A DNA stretch of 64,000 nucleotides from a virus, in the IMG/VR virus record IMGVR_UViG_3300035181_002344, one strand, 5' to 3'. This document shows positions 41,593 to 50,320 of the stretch, in pieces (positions within the stretch are counted from its first letter, which is position 1; each line of letters begins with the position of its first letter). The position numbers were made by a program, and so were the translations under genes. Under the pieces are notes generated by a model that searched no databases, had not been told where the DNA came from, and saw only the letters and a program-made list of their open reading frames with translations.

Positions 41593-42030
41593 ATGTTAGT
41601 GTATTTTTATTTAAATAATGATGGCCAAATTCAAAAAATATCAGATACAAAAGATACTTTTATTGATGCATTTGAAATAGCGATGGATTTATCTGGCAAA
41701 CTAGATATTTTTAGCGAGCCAATTGACCCTGATGCTGGTATCGCTAAAGAACCAGATGCACAAAATAATCTAATTAATGTTCAAACTGTTATTGCTTCGC
41801 AAGAATTTCTTTTGAAGTTTTTACGTGCTAAACGTGATAAACTATTGAAAGATACCATTTGGATTGCTGAGCGTCATAATTCTCAACCAGATTCTGCAAA
41901 AACATTAACTGCAGAACAATATGCTACTTGGCAAATATATTGGCAGGCATTAAGAGATCTTCCTAATACAGCCAATTTAGAAGGCGTCGATAGAACAACT
42001 ATCGATAATTTATTTCCAAAACAACCATAA
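41593..42030 (+). CDS. Tail fibre assembly chaperone
   Basis: LRAKRDKLLKDTIW..WQIYWQALRDLP motif; directly after the fibre gene. Confidence 0.75.
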   Translation: MLVYFYLNNDGQIQKISDTKDTFIDAFEIAMDLSGKLDIFSEPIDPDAGIAKEPDAQNNLINVQTVIASQEFLLKFLRAKRDKLLKDTIWIAERHNSQPDSAKTLTAEQYATWQIYWQALRDLPNTANLEGVDRTTIDNLFPKQP

Positions 42031-42046
42031 AATAAAGAGGTATATC

Positions 42047-42088
42047 ATGGCAAAGAAAAGCACGAAAAGTGGCGGAAAAAAATGCTAA
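42047..42088 (+). CDS. Putative 13-aa basic peptide MAKKSTKSGGKKC
   Basis: SD GAGGT (42037-42041) 5 nt before ATG; TAA stop; followed by a terminator hairpin. Confidence 0.45.
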   Translation: MAKKSTKSGGKKC

Positions 42089-42104
42089 TCCGCAGTTAGT
42101 ATGT

Positions 42105-42138
42105 GCCCGATATTAAAAAATCGGGCCTTCTATTCTCT
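42105..42138 (+). terminator. Intrinsic terminator
   Basis: GCCCGAT (42105-42111) / ATCGGGC (42120-42126), then a pyrimidine-rich tail. Confidence 0.6.
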
Positions 42139-42141
42139 AAA

Positions 42142-42193
42142 AATCGATCTTAACATAATTACCCTTGATTAGCCAAAATCATACTAATATGTT
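42142..42193 (+). promoter_or_regulatory. Conserved intergenic motif (candidate promoter/operator)
   Basis: AATCGAT at 42142 and TTGATT at 42165 (same 16-nt gap), upstream of the holin-like gene. Confidence 0.5.
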
Positions 42194-42231
42194 TCAATCA
42201 TAAAATAACAAATTAAATAAAAGGAGTTACT

Positions 42232-42435
42232 ATGAAAACTTTCTTAGAATGGGTCATCGCAAAAAAGAATTCTATTACTAATGCATTAGGTTTTATTTTT
42301 GCTTTGGTTACTGTATTACAACCATTATTCGCTAATGGTTCTGCACCAGATTTTAAAACAATCGCCACAGCAGTTTTTGGATTTTTGATTGCTTGGTTTA
42401 CTGGTAAATATCCACAAAATACTATAACAAAATAA
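42232..42435 (+). CDS. Small two-TM membrane protein, holin-like
   Basis: 67 aa, two hydrophobic helices, strong SD AAAGGAG. Confidence 0.55.
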   Translation: MKTFLEWVIAKKNSITNALGFIFALVTVLQPLFANGSAPDFKTIATAVFGFLIAWFTGKYPQNTITK

Positions 42436-42451
42436 ATTAATGGAGTAACTT

Positions 42452-42880
42452 ATGGTTTTTACAAACGAAGGCCTCAAGATGATGATTTTTTATTCACTTG
42501 TCTCTACTAATGCGCCGACGAGTGTTTCCTTGCATTTGTTTCAGAACGATGTAATGCCTGCTATTACGAATTCTTCTAGCAATAGTCCATTTACTGAATT
42601 TATGGGAAACAACTACTCTCCAATTACGATTCCTTCATCTGCATGGTCTTTTGCTATTGATGCCAATAATGTTTTATCTGCGACTATGGCAGATCAAACA
42701 TTTAATTTTACTGCCGATGGTACCGGCCCTGTAACAGCATATGGATATTATATTACGATTAATTATGGTTCTTATCAGTATATTTTTTGCGCAGATAGAT
42801 TTTCTCAACCAATTACTATCTCACATACTGGCGATAAAATTACTGTTGGAGTTGTTTTATATCCTGCTAATGGAGCTTAA
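42452..42880 (+). CDS. Small virion structural (fibre-type) protein
   Basis: MVFTNEG..LHLFQNDVMP..FTEF..YSPITI..TFNFT..VTAYGYYI..ADRF..GDKITV resembles a widespread phage minor structural protein. Confidence 0.6.
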   Translation: MVFTNEGLKMMIFYSLVSTNAPTSVSLHLFQNDVMPAITNSSSNSPFTEFMGNNYSPITIPSSAWSFAIDANNVLSATMADQTFNFTADGTGPVTAYGYYITINYGSYQYIFCADRFSQPITISHTGDKITVGVVLYPANGA

Positions 42881-42890
42881 CATGTTTTTG

Positions 42891-42922
42891 AGGGAGAGCC
42901 ATATCTCTCCCTATTTTATTTA
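42891..42922 (+). terminator. Intrinsic terminator
   Basis: AGGGAGAG (42891-42898) / CTCTCCCT (42905-42912), then ATTTTATTT. Confidence 0.7.
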
Positions 42923-42940
42923 TTAAAATATCGAGAGACA

Positions 42941-44767
42941 ATGGGTGCTTTATCTACAAATAAATATGGCTTTGATTATAATAGACTTCCTAAAAAAGAG
43001 ATACTCGAAGAAAATATTCGATTTCTAATTTATGATATCAATAATCTTTTTAGGTCTGCTAAGCAAAATGAATTATTATTTGATAACTATGTCAATATTT
43101 TAGATGTAGATAAAGTTGATAAGTTGTTCAAAAAGATTCTTAGGCTTAGAAAAAAGTATGCAGCTTTTTTAGCTTTATATTCCAGAGATGCCAATGATGT
43201 CAAGTATTTAAATCTTGATGACCAAACGGATTGGCTTAATCCTAATCATCCATTATTTTCAAAGTTATTAGCTGATCCAAAAAATTTATCTGCTGATTAT
43301 ACAGATAAAAAAATGGTTATTTCTAAGGGTAAGCTGTCTTTAAATTATAAAGATGCTGCTATTGGTGATATACAAAATTTTGAAATAAGCTCTCCTGATA
43401 TTGAAGCTGGAATTGCAGGTACATATAAGAATAGCTATATTATCAAAACATCCCCAGAAGATATTTTTATTGATGTTCGCATTTCGCTAACAAAACGATA
43501 TTTGCTAAATTATATATCTTTTACCCCAGCATCGTTTAATACATTCTATTTATATTCTGGTTTTTATAAAAAGGTCGACGGCACTAAAGAATCCATTCCT
43601 GATATTTATAATAATAAAGCCACTAATAAATCATTGTTTTATTTTTCTCCTGTCTATACAAATGAAATAACTATTAGATTTAAGCTTATTAATTATAAAA
43701 GAACAAACAGGATGAAAAATTATACAAATAAAGATCTTGCCGAATATTTTTTACAACACCCCTATGATTATCAAACGACAGCCGATACTGAAGGCTATTA
43801 TTATATATATAATTTTGGTATTTTGGATGCCGCTGTCGGTTACAAGGCAGCAGATACGCATGGTATTTTTGTATCTAAATTTATTGATGTTGGAAATATT
43901 TCCAGAATATCGTTAGAAAGCGACGTTGTAAAAGATAAAGTGGATGTTGAATATTATTTATATTTAATTGATAAAGGCGATTCTATTAGAGAGACTCTTA
44001 TTCCGATACTTCCGTATGGCACAACAACTATAGAACATGAGGTTGTTTTTCCTAGAAAAGTGGCAAATAGTTATTTTGCTTATTTATCATTTGTGCCAGA
44101 TCCAGATTCTCTTACCGTTTATGCAAATGGCATCTCAATGTCTAAAGGCAGATATATAGTTAATGATAAAGAAATTAAGTTTTTGAACCCGCCACATTCA
44201 TCTGCAGTTATAACGGCTACCTATAATCCGTTACATGCTACTAAATCATATCTGGTAGATATTAATGGGGAAACGCAAAAATATACAAAAACCCAGTCAT
44301 TTAAATTCTACGAGTGTAAAATCTCTGATGTTGACAAAACTTTATTTTATGAATTAGATTACTTATTTGATCCGCATGATGTTTCTCTTAAAACATATAT
44401 TAATGGCGAAGAAATAAACAAAGGACGTATATTGTCACTGAATGGACGAATAATTAATATTGATTTGCCATATATAGAAAATGGATATTTGACTGGATGT
44501 GATTTTGTGGTTAGTGGAAATTTATATTCGGACGTTCCACCAGAAGATTCTTCATTTTACTATTCGCAAAATGGAGAAGTTTTTTACAATACAGAGAAAC
44601 TTCCTTCAAATTATAGTGGTACTCAGGTATCTGTTATTGTTGTTGCTCATAAATATTCTGGAAATAATTATGATGGCGATTTAGCAATTGATCAATTAAA
44701 ATTATTCACTGGTAATGCAGACGTTCTAAATGGCACACTGATCAATTTTACTGGAATACATAAATAA
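42941..44767 (+). CDS. Virion structural protein (paralog group)
   Basis: 608 aa; N-terminal helix followed by beta-sandwich-like regions. Confidence 0.5.
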   Translation: MGALSTNKYGFDYNRLPKKEILEENIRFLIYDINNLFRSAKQNELLFDNYVNILDVDKVDKLFKKILRLRKKYAAFLALYSRDANDVKYLNLDDQTDWLNPNHPLFSKLLADPKNLSADYTDKKMVISKGKLSLNYKDAAIGDIQNFEISSPDIEAGIAGTYKNSYIIKTSPEDIFIDVRISLTKRYLLNYISFTPASFNTFYLYSGFYKKVDGTKESIPDIYNNKATNKSLFYFSPVYTNEITIRFKLINYKRTNRMKNYTNKDLAEYFLQHPYDYQTTADTEGYYYIYNFGILDAAVGYKAADTHGIFVSKFIDVGNISRISLESDVVKDKVDVEYYLYLIDKGDSIRETLIPILPYGTTTIEHEVVFPRKVANSYFAYLSFVPDPDSLTVYANGISMSKGRYIVNDKEIKFLNPPHSSAVITATYNPLHATKSYLVDINGETQKYTKTQSFKFYECKISDVDKTLFYELDYLFDPHDVSLKTYINGEEINKGRILSLNGRIINIDLPYIENGYLTGCDFVVSGNLYSDVPPEDSSFYYSQNGEVFYNTEKLPSNYSGTQVSVIVVAHKYSGNNYDGDLAIDQLKLFTGNADVLNGTLINFTGIHK

Positions 44768-44796
44768 TATGTTCAATAATTAAAGAATGATATTAA

Positions 44797-47700
44797 ATGG
44801 CTTATATTGGTCATATTAAACTCACAAGTAAATCGACTGTTAGGTCTTATGATAATGCTCCGCATAAGAGCTATGGGCATATTAAACTCACAAGTAAATC
44901 GACTGTTAGGTCTTATGATAATGCTCCGCATAAGAGCTATGGGCATATTAAGCTCACAAGTAAGTCGACTGTTAAGTTTTTAGATAATTCTCCGCGTAGG
45001 GGCTATGGGCATATTAAGCTTACAGGTGCGTCGAAAGTTGAGGTTTATGATACTTCCCCACGTAGAAGTTATGGGCATATTAAACTCATAAGCATATCGA
45101 CAGTTGAGTCTTATGATAATTCTCCGCATAAAGGATATATCAAGTTTACAGGTGCATCGAAATATAGTGGCCTTGATAATAATACCACTCCCGATACATT
45201 TCATGATATTGGTCTTATTAGTCTTACTGGTACATCGACAACTAAGTTTTATGATAATTCTCCACATATTGGTCGTATTAAATTTAAGGGCATTTCTACT
45301 GTCAAAACTTCCAATAGCCCTCGATATACTGGTAATATTATACTCAGAGGTATTTCTACTGTCAAAACTTCTGGCAATCCTATATATGCTGGCAATATTA
45401 TACTAAGAGGTGCTTCTGTTGTCAAAACCTTTGGTAATCCTATACATGCCGGTCACATTATACTTAGAGGTATTTCTACTGTTAATACCCATGATAATCC
45501 TAAGCATATTGGTCATTTCATAGTCAAGGGTGTTTCTACATATATAATTCCTGCTAGTGCATTTAAAATTTCTGATACATCCGATATTCTTTTAAGTGGT
45601 ATTTCACAAGTCAAAGAATCTATCTTAGATGATTCTGTTCGATATTTTACTTTTGATACTAATGATCCTCCAGTTGCTTCTCAAGTTGAATTGGCAAATG
45701 AATATGTTCCTTTAGCGCAATTATTTCCAAAAATGATAAATACTGATACCTTTGTGCATAAAGAGCACATTTACGTTGGGGATATTATTGAGCCATTACA
45801 TTTTAATAGATTTTTTGACAATATAGCTGTTGATTTGGATTTTATAGAAACATCTTTGAATAAAATATCGGCCGATATAGAACAATCGCGTTTAGATTTT
45901 GAGAACAAAATCAATGATGTTGATTATGGTATTCGCAAAGCCGATGCAATTCTTAATGAATTTGCTTTATATGCATATGCGGTTAGCGAAGAAATATCTG
46001 GTGTAACAGAAACATTTAATAAACTTACAGATATTGCCGATTCGCAAAATATATTTATTAATACCGAAGAAGGTATTGCCACACTTCCAATTGAATCTAA
46101 GGAATTGATTGAAATAGGTAACGATTTTTATGTTCTTACGGGAAATGGTGCTTTTACAGATAATCATGATTTAATTAATGCATTTGACGATGATAAAATG
46201 TCCTATGCAGAATATGTAGCCTCTGATGTTGATGATATAACATTAGAAATAGAAATAAAACTTAAACGCGAAGAAATAATTAACAATATTGTATGTGAAT
46301 TTCTCGATGAGAATGATGCGGAAACTACATTTATTGAGAGCTTTTCTATTAGTCGAGATAATATTTCTTATACAAATGTTCCTATCAATGATAATAACTC
46401 TATTACCTTTATACCGCATATTGTAAATTATATGCGTTTACGTTTTAAGAAACATACTAGTAGCTCTGAAATAATATCCATAAGAATAGCAAATATCGCT
46501 GTATATAGAATATCGTATAAAGACACTGGCAGTGCAATTATCAATAAAACGATACCACCTACAAAAATTGATGAAGTAGCTCTTCATACTAAAAATGCGA
46601 TTGTAACAGATTCAGCCATATCGGCAAATTTTTCTGTGTCTTTTGATAATAATCAGTTCGTTGATATTCAACCGGTTCAGGCGAATACCACGGATGAAAT
46701 TTTATATATTAATTTCCCAGAGAAGAAAAACAATTTATCTGTTGTAGATAATGAATTTACGAAAATTGCAATTAAAATGGTACTTTCTCGCAATGATGAT
46801 ATTAATGATTTAGCTAAACTTTATACTGATGAGTTATTTGTACAAACGGAAATTGTTACGTTTCCATCAAAACCGCCATATGCATTTACATTAAAAAATC
46901 GCCCGAAACAAAATACACTTTCTATCCGCGGTATTTCTAATATGATCCTTGGAACAAAACAAAATAGCATACCGCTAGGTAATGTCGAAGCCTCTAAATA
47001 TACTTATGTTTTTGCCCTCCCATTCGACACCAAAGATATGGAAGAGATTTATATTAAAGATTATAAGCTTACAAAGTTTAGTAATTTTAGCGATTTAATG
47101 GACTATGATTTAACTGGTTACTATATTAATCCATCTGCTAATGTTTTAACGATTAATATCCAAAAGCACGTTATTCGAACTGGAGATGTAGGCTATGGAG
47201 ACCCATGGATCCAGAATTATTCAGAAAAAACTGCTTATGCCGACTATAAATACGAAGATAATGCATTAGCTGGATCACCGATTAGTCTTTATCTTAAAAG
47301 CGATATAATTCATGCGCCCCAAAAGAATATATTGCCACTTACATTTTATACGGATTTAATAAAAGATGATATTACCATCCAAAGACTTCAACTTGATTCG
47401 GATAATAATATACTTACAGAAATTGTTAGTGATATTGTTCCGGCTGGTCAGAAAAATATCAAACTATCTGCTATTCCCGTTAATCTCGAAGAAATAACGC
47501 TTCTAAATAGTGATCGTGTTGAATATGTTGATGGCGTTACAGAATTTCAATATGCTACTGAGTTTTCTTATTCTGTTGATATTTCTAATGGTATGTTGTA
47601 TTTGCGTGATCCATTCCCTGAAGATGTTTCCATATCATATCGCAAAGAACTTCGTTCTATTATTTCACCAAATCTCTATCATATTGGTCCTGATGGCAAA

Positions 47701-47997
47701 AGCATTATTCTTGATCCAAGTATTTTTTCAAGTTCATTTGCTTATATGGTTAATTATCGGATGGCTTTTGATATTTCCGCAGATAAATATAATCTTGATA
47801 TAGACGGCAGAACTGTAACACTTAAAGATAAGGTTATTATCGCTGATTATATTGGTTTAGAAGATATTACAGATAAAATGTTAATTGTTTCTTATGAAAG
47901 CGAATACGATATGCAAAATTATATTCGCTCAATAATGCCCTATATTTCTCCTATTATTCCTGAGGTTTCATTACTTTATTCTAAGGAGATTTCATGA
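44797..47997 (+). CDS. Virion structural protein with N-terminal 20-22 aa tandem repeats
   Basis: 1066 aa; repeats, a coiled coil, then a discoidin-like region (LINAFDDDKMSYAEY..LEIEIKL..INNI). Confidence 0.6.
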   Translation: MAYIGHIKLTSKSTVRSYDNAPHKSYGHIKLTSKSTVRSYDNAPHKSYGHIKLTSKSTVKFLDNSPRRGYGHIKLTGASKVEVYDTSPRRSYGHIKLISISTVESYDNSPHKGYIKFTGASKYSGLDNNTTPDTFHDIGLISLTGTSTTKFYDNSPHIGRIKFKGISTVKTSNSPRYTGNIILRGISTVKTSGNPIYAGNIILRGASVVKTFGNPIHAGHIILRGISTVNTHDNPKHIGHFIVKGVSTYIIPASAFKISDTSDILLSGISQVKESILDDSVRYFTFDTNDPPVASQVELANEYVPLAQLFPKMINTDTFVHKEHIYVGDIIEPLHFNRFFDNIAVDLDFIETSLNKISADIEQSRLDFENKINDVDYGIRKADAILNEFALYAYAVSEEISGVTETFNKLTDIADSQNIFINTEEGIATLPIESKELIEIGNDFYVLTGNGAFTDNHDLINAFDDDKMSYAEYVASDVDDITLEIEIKLKREEIINNIVCEFLDENDAETTFIESFSISRDNISYTNVPINDNNSITFIPHIVNYMRLRFKKHTSSSEIISIRIANIAVYRISYKDTGSAIINKTIPPTKIDEVALHTKNAIVTDSAISANFSVSFDNNQFVDIQPVQANTTDEILYINFPEKKNNLSVVDNEFTKIAIKMVLSRNDDINDLAKLYTDELFVQTEIVTFPSKPPYAFTLKNRPKQNTLSIRGISNMILGTKQNSIPLGNVEASKYTYVFALPFDTKDMEEIYIKDYKLTKFSNFSDLMDYDLTGYYINPSANVLTINIQKHVIRTGDVGYGDPWIQNYSEKTAYADYKYEDNALAGSPISLYLKSDIIHAPQKNILPLTFYTDLIKDDITIQRLQLDSDNNILTEIVSDIVPAGQKNIKLSAIPVNLEEITLLNSDRVEYVDGVTEFQYATEFSYSVDISNGMLYLRDPFPEDVSISYRKELRSIISPNLYHIGPDGKSIILDPSIFSSSFAYMVNYRMAFDISADKYNLDIDGRTVTLKDKVIIADYIGLEDITDKMLIVSYESEYDMQNYIRSIMPYISPIIPEVSLLYSKEIS
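44809..45543 (+). repeat. Coding tandem repeat, about 12 units of 66 then 60 bp
   Basis: Units start at 44809, 44875, 44941, 45007 and 45073. The first two are nearly identical (GHIKLTSKSTVRSYDNAPHKSY); later units are GNIILRGISTVKT-type. Confidence 0.9.
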
Positions 47998-49703
47998 TTC
48001 CAGTTCTTAAACAAGAGGCTATAAAGGAAGTTTTGGCCGCCGACCAATTATATAAAGGTGAATTGCCTGATATTGTTGATATTTGCGATGTAGCTATTAG
48101 CATCTATGGAGCCAAGGATGCATATACATCCTTATTATCTATGAATGATGTGTCTCCAGATAAGAAGATTTCTTTGAAAGAATTTGATAATATCCGTTCA
48201 TTATCTCTTATGGATATTAAAACGTTAACTAAATTTGTTACGAAGCTAAATAATGATTTTGAAAGTTTAAAAACAAATTTGCGCCAGAAATTAAATATCT
48301 TATCTGAAACTGTTGATGAAATAAAAGGGTTAGCTTCTGCTATGCTTGTGCAGCCAGAAACAGGGGGATTAAATAAATATATCAATTTTACCAATCTTGA
48401 CGATATAGATATGAGTCTTACAAGTGCTTATATTGATACTGTGGCTAAAAATGCCACATTATCAAAAAGCGCACATACACCAGTGTCAGATGCTGTATTT
48501 AAAATATTGCCGCGATGTACAACATCTGGTTTTATTTCAATTGTAAATAATGACATTGCTAATTTATATGATACAAATCCCCTGAGTTTATGGAATTACA
48601 CTGTTAAAATGAACAGTGGATATATTGGATATGTAGAAATAGTCTTAGATATTACGTTGACTAATAATTTTGATATTAATCATCTCTCGCTTAATTTATC
48701 TGACGGGAACCTACAGCATTCATATAACTACAGCTTATATACCCTTGTTGATGGACAGATGGTGCCTTTAATAGAAGATCAAACGGCAACGGATACACTT
48801 GAAGTTTCTTTTAATCCTATTCGCACAGATCGCTTCTTTTTATATCTTAGAAATTCTACGCCGATAATTAATAAAGATTCTTTGGATTATCTGTTTTTTG
48901 GCAATAATCTTAGTTTTGGTTTGGTTTCATATCATGATATATCATGGATAACATTAAAATCTGTTGAAAAAATGGGGATTAATGGTATAGCTATTGATGT
49001 TCAAGGAGTTATTCCAGCAGATACATCTTTTATGATTGATATCGAAACCGATCAAGGCATCCTACCTGCTAAAAATAATGAACCGGTTATATTAAATGAA
49101 ATGGTTAAAAACGATATTGATGAGATGGGAGTTGATTTAACAGTCGTTCATCCATATAATAACGGTATAAATGTTTTCTTTACTTGGAAAAGTGAAACGT
49201 ATCCAGAAATGATACTTGACAAAACAAAAATATTAAGGAATCTTAATAATTTTGATGGTTTATCCTGTTGGATTTATATTCCATCGGATACAACGATTGA
49301 TTTTTCATCGTTTCCTGGTACTTTTGATAAATCTGAAGCTTCTTTTCCAATGAATATATCTGAGGGTATTTATAAATATACAGCGAAAACCGAAGAATTG
49401 TCTATGATTGCCAAACAATATTTCCTTAGTAATAGTATAAAATTTGGATCTTCGATATCAAGAATTATTTCTGGTGAACGACAATTTATTGAAGCTGATG
49501 CTCATTCTGATTTTGCTGCTATTGTATCAACAGACGATGGCTATCGTTTGGTTGCTAAAAAAATATCACTTGATGAAAAAGCGTTATTTATTAAGCGTCG
49601 TCTTGAAAGCTCTGAATATAGATATATTAAACCGCGAATTAAATTAATAGGCACAGCCTATTCTACTCCAATAATTAAAACAATTAGAATTAAGGTGTCT
49701 TAA
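47994..49703 (+). CDS. Virion structural protein (paralog of 44797)
   Basis: Coiled coil, then YINFTNLDDID..AYIDT..ATL and IANLYDTNPLSLW..LDITL..INHLSL. Confidence 0.55.
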   Translation: MIPVLKQEAIKEVLAADQLYKGELPDIVDICDVAISIYGAKDAYTSLLSMNDVSPDKKISLKEFDNIRSLSLMDIKTLTKFVTKLNNDFESLKTNLRQKLNILSETVDEIKGLASAMLVQPETGGLNKYINFTNLDDIDMSLTSAYIDTVAKNATLSKSAHTPVSDAVFKILPRCTTSGFISIVNNDIANLYDTNPLSLWNYTVKMNSGYIGYVEIVLDITLTNNFDINHLSLNLSDGNLQHSYNYSLYTLVDGQMVPLIEDQTATDTLEVSFNPIRTDRFFLYLRNSTPIINKDSLDYLFFGNNLSFGLVSYHDISWITLKSVEKMGINGIAIDVQGVIPADTSFMIDIETDQGILPAKNNEPVILNEMVKNDIDEMGVDLTVVHPYNNGINVFFTWKSETYPEMILDKTKILRNLNNFDGLSCWIYIPSDTTIDFSSFPGTFDKSEASFPMNISEGIYKYTAKTEELSMIAKQYFLSNSIKFGSSISRIISGERQFIEADAHSDFAAIVSTDDGYRLVAKKISLDEKALFIKRRLESSEYRYIKPRIKLIGTAYSTPIIKTIRIKVS

Positions 49704-50308
49704 TGATTATCACAGAATTTAATCAATCGACTTTTCCATTAGAACAGATGAATTCTGGTCGTATTAATGCCGAAGAATTAAAGGCATTTACCACAGCTGT
49801 AGTCAATGATTTAGAAGCTTTGGCTGCTATATTAAATAATGATATTTCTCCTATTTTACGAACCTTACCAGAGGCAACTGATGTAAATCCTCGCGTTGGT
49901 AATTTTGATGGAACCAATATTTATCTTGATAGCAACGCTTCTAAAGATAAGGATAAAGGTGTTTTTTTTGACACTATTAGTCAACGGCCAATGACGATAT
50001 ATGAAGTGTTGATATTTTTCTTGAGAATTATAGCTGATTTAAATAATGGACTCAAAGAAGGTGTTACTATTGGAAATATCGCTTCGCCAATTGTTATTAA
50101 CGCTGGAAGCACTTATTCTGTTTCATGGCCTTATCTTGATGGCTTATTTGATTATCAATTGCAAGTATTGAATAATAATATGATATATAAAGCCGCTAAT
50201 ATTACAGTTGGTATTGACACTGTAACTAAAGAGATCAAAATTACAAATAATAACAATACAAATATATCTATATTTGGTGTTATTTGGCATCCGGTTTATA
50301 CTTTTTAA
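49703..50308 (+). CDS. Hypothetical virion protein
   Basis: 201 aa, translationally coupled to the upstream gene. Confidence 0.45.
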   Translation: MIITEFNQSTFPLEQMNSGRINAEELKAFTTAVVNDLEALAAILNNDISPILRTLPEATDVNPRVGNFDGTNIYLDSNASKDKDKGVFFDTISQRPMTIYEVLIFFLRIIADLNNGLKEGVTIGNIASPIVINAGSTYSVSWPYLDGLFDYQLQVLNNNMIYKAANITVGIDTVTKEIKITNNNNTNISIFGVIWHPVYTF

Positions 50309-50320
50309 TGGAGTTTAAAA

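Noticed and set aside
44809-45543. Periodic 60-66 bp repeats as a CRISPR array
   Set aside because: Units are in-frame codon multiples within an ORF, with no constant repeat and unique spacer structure
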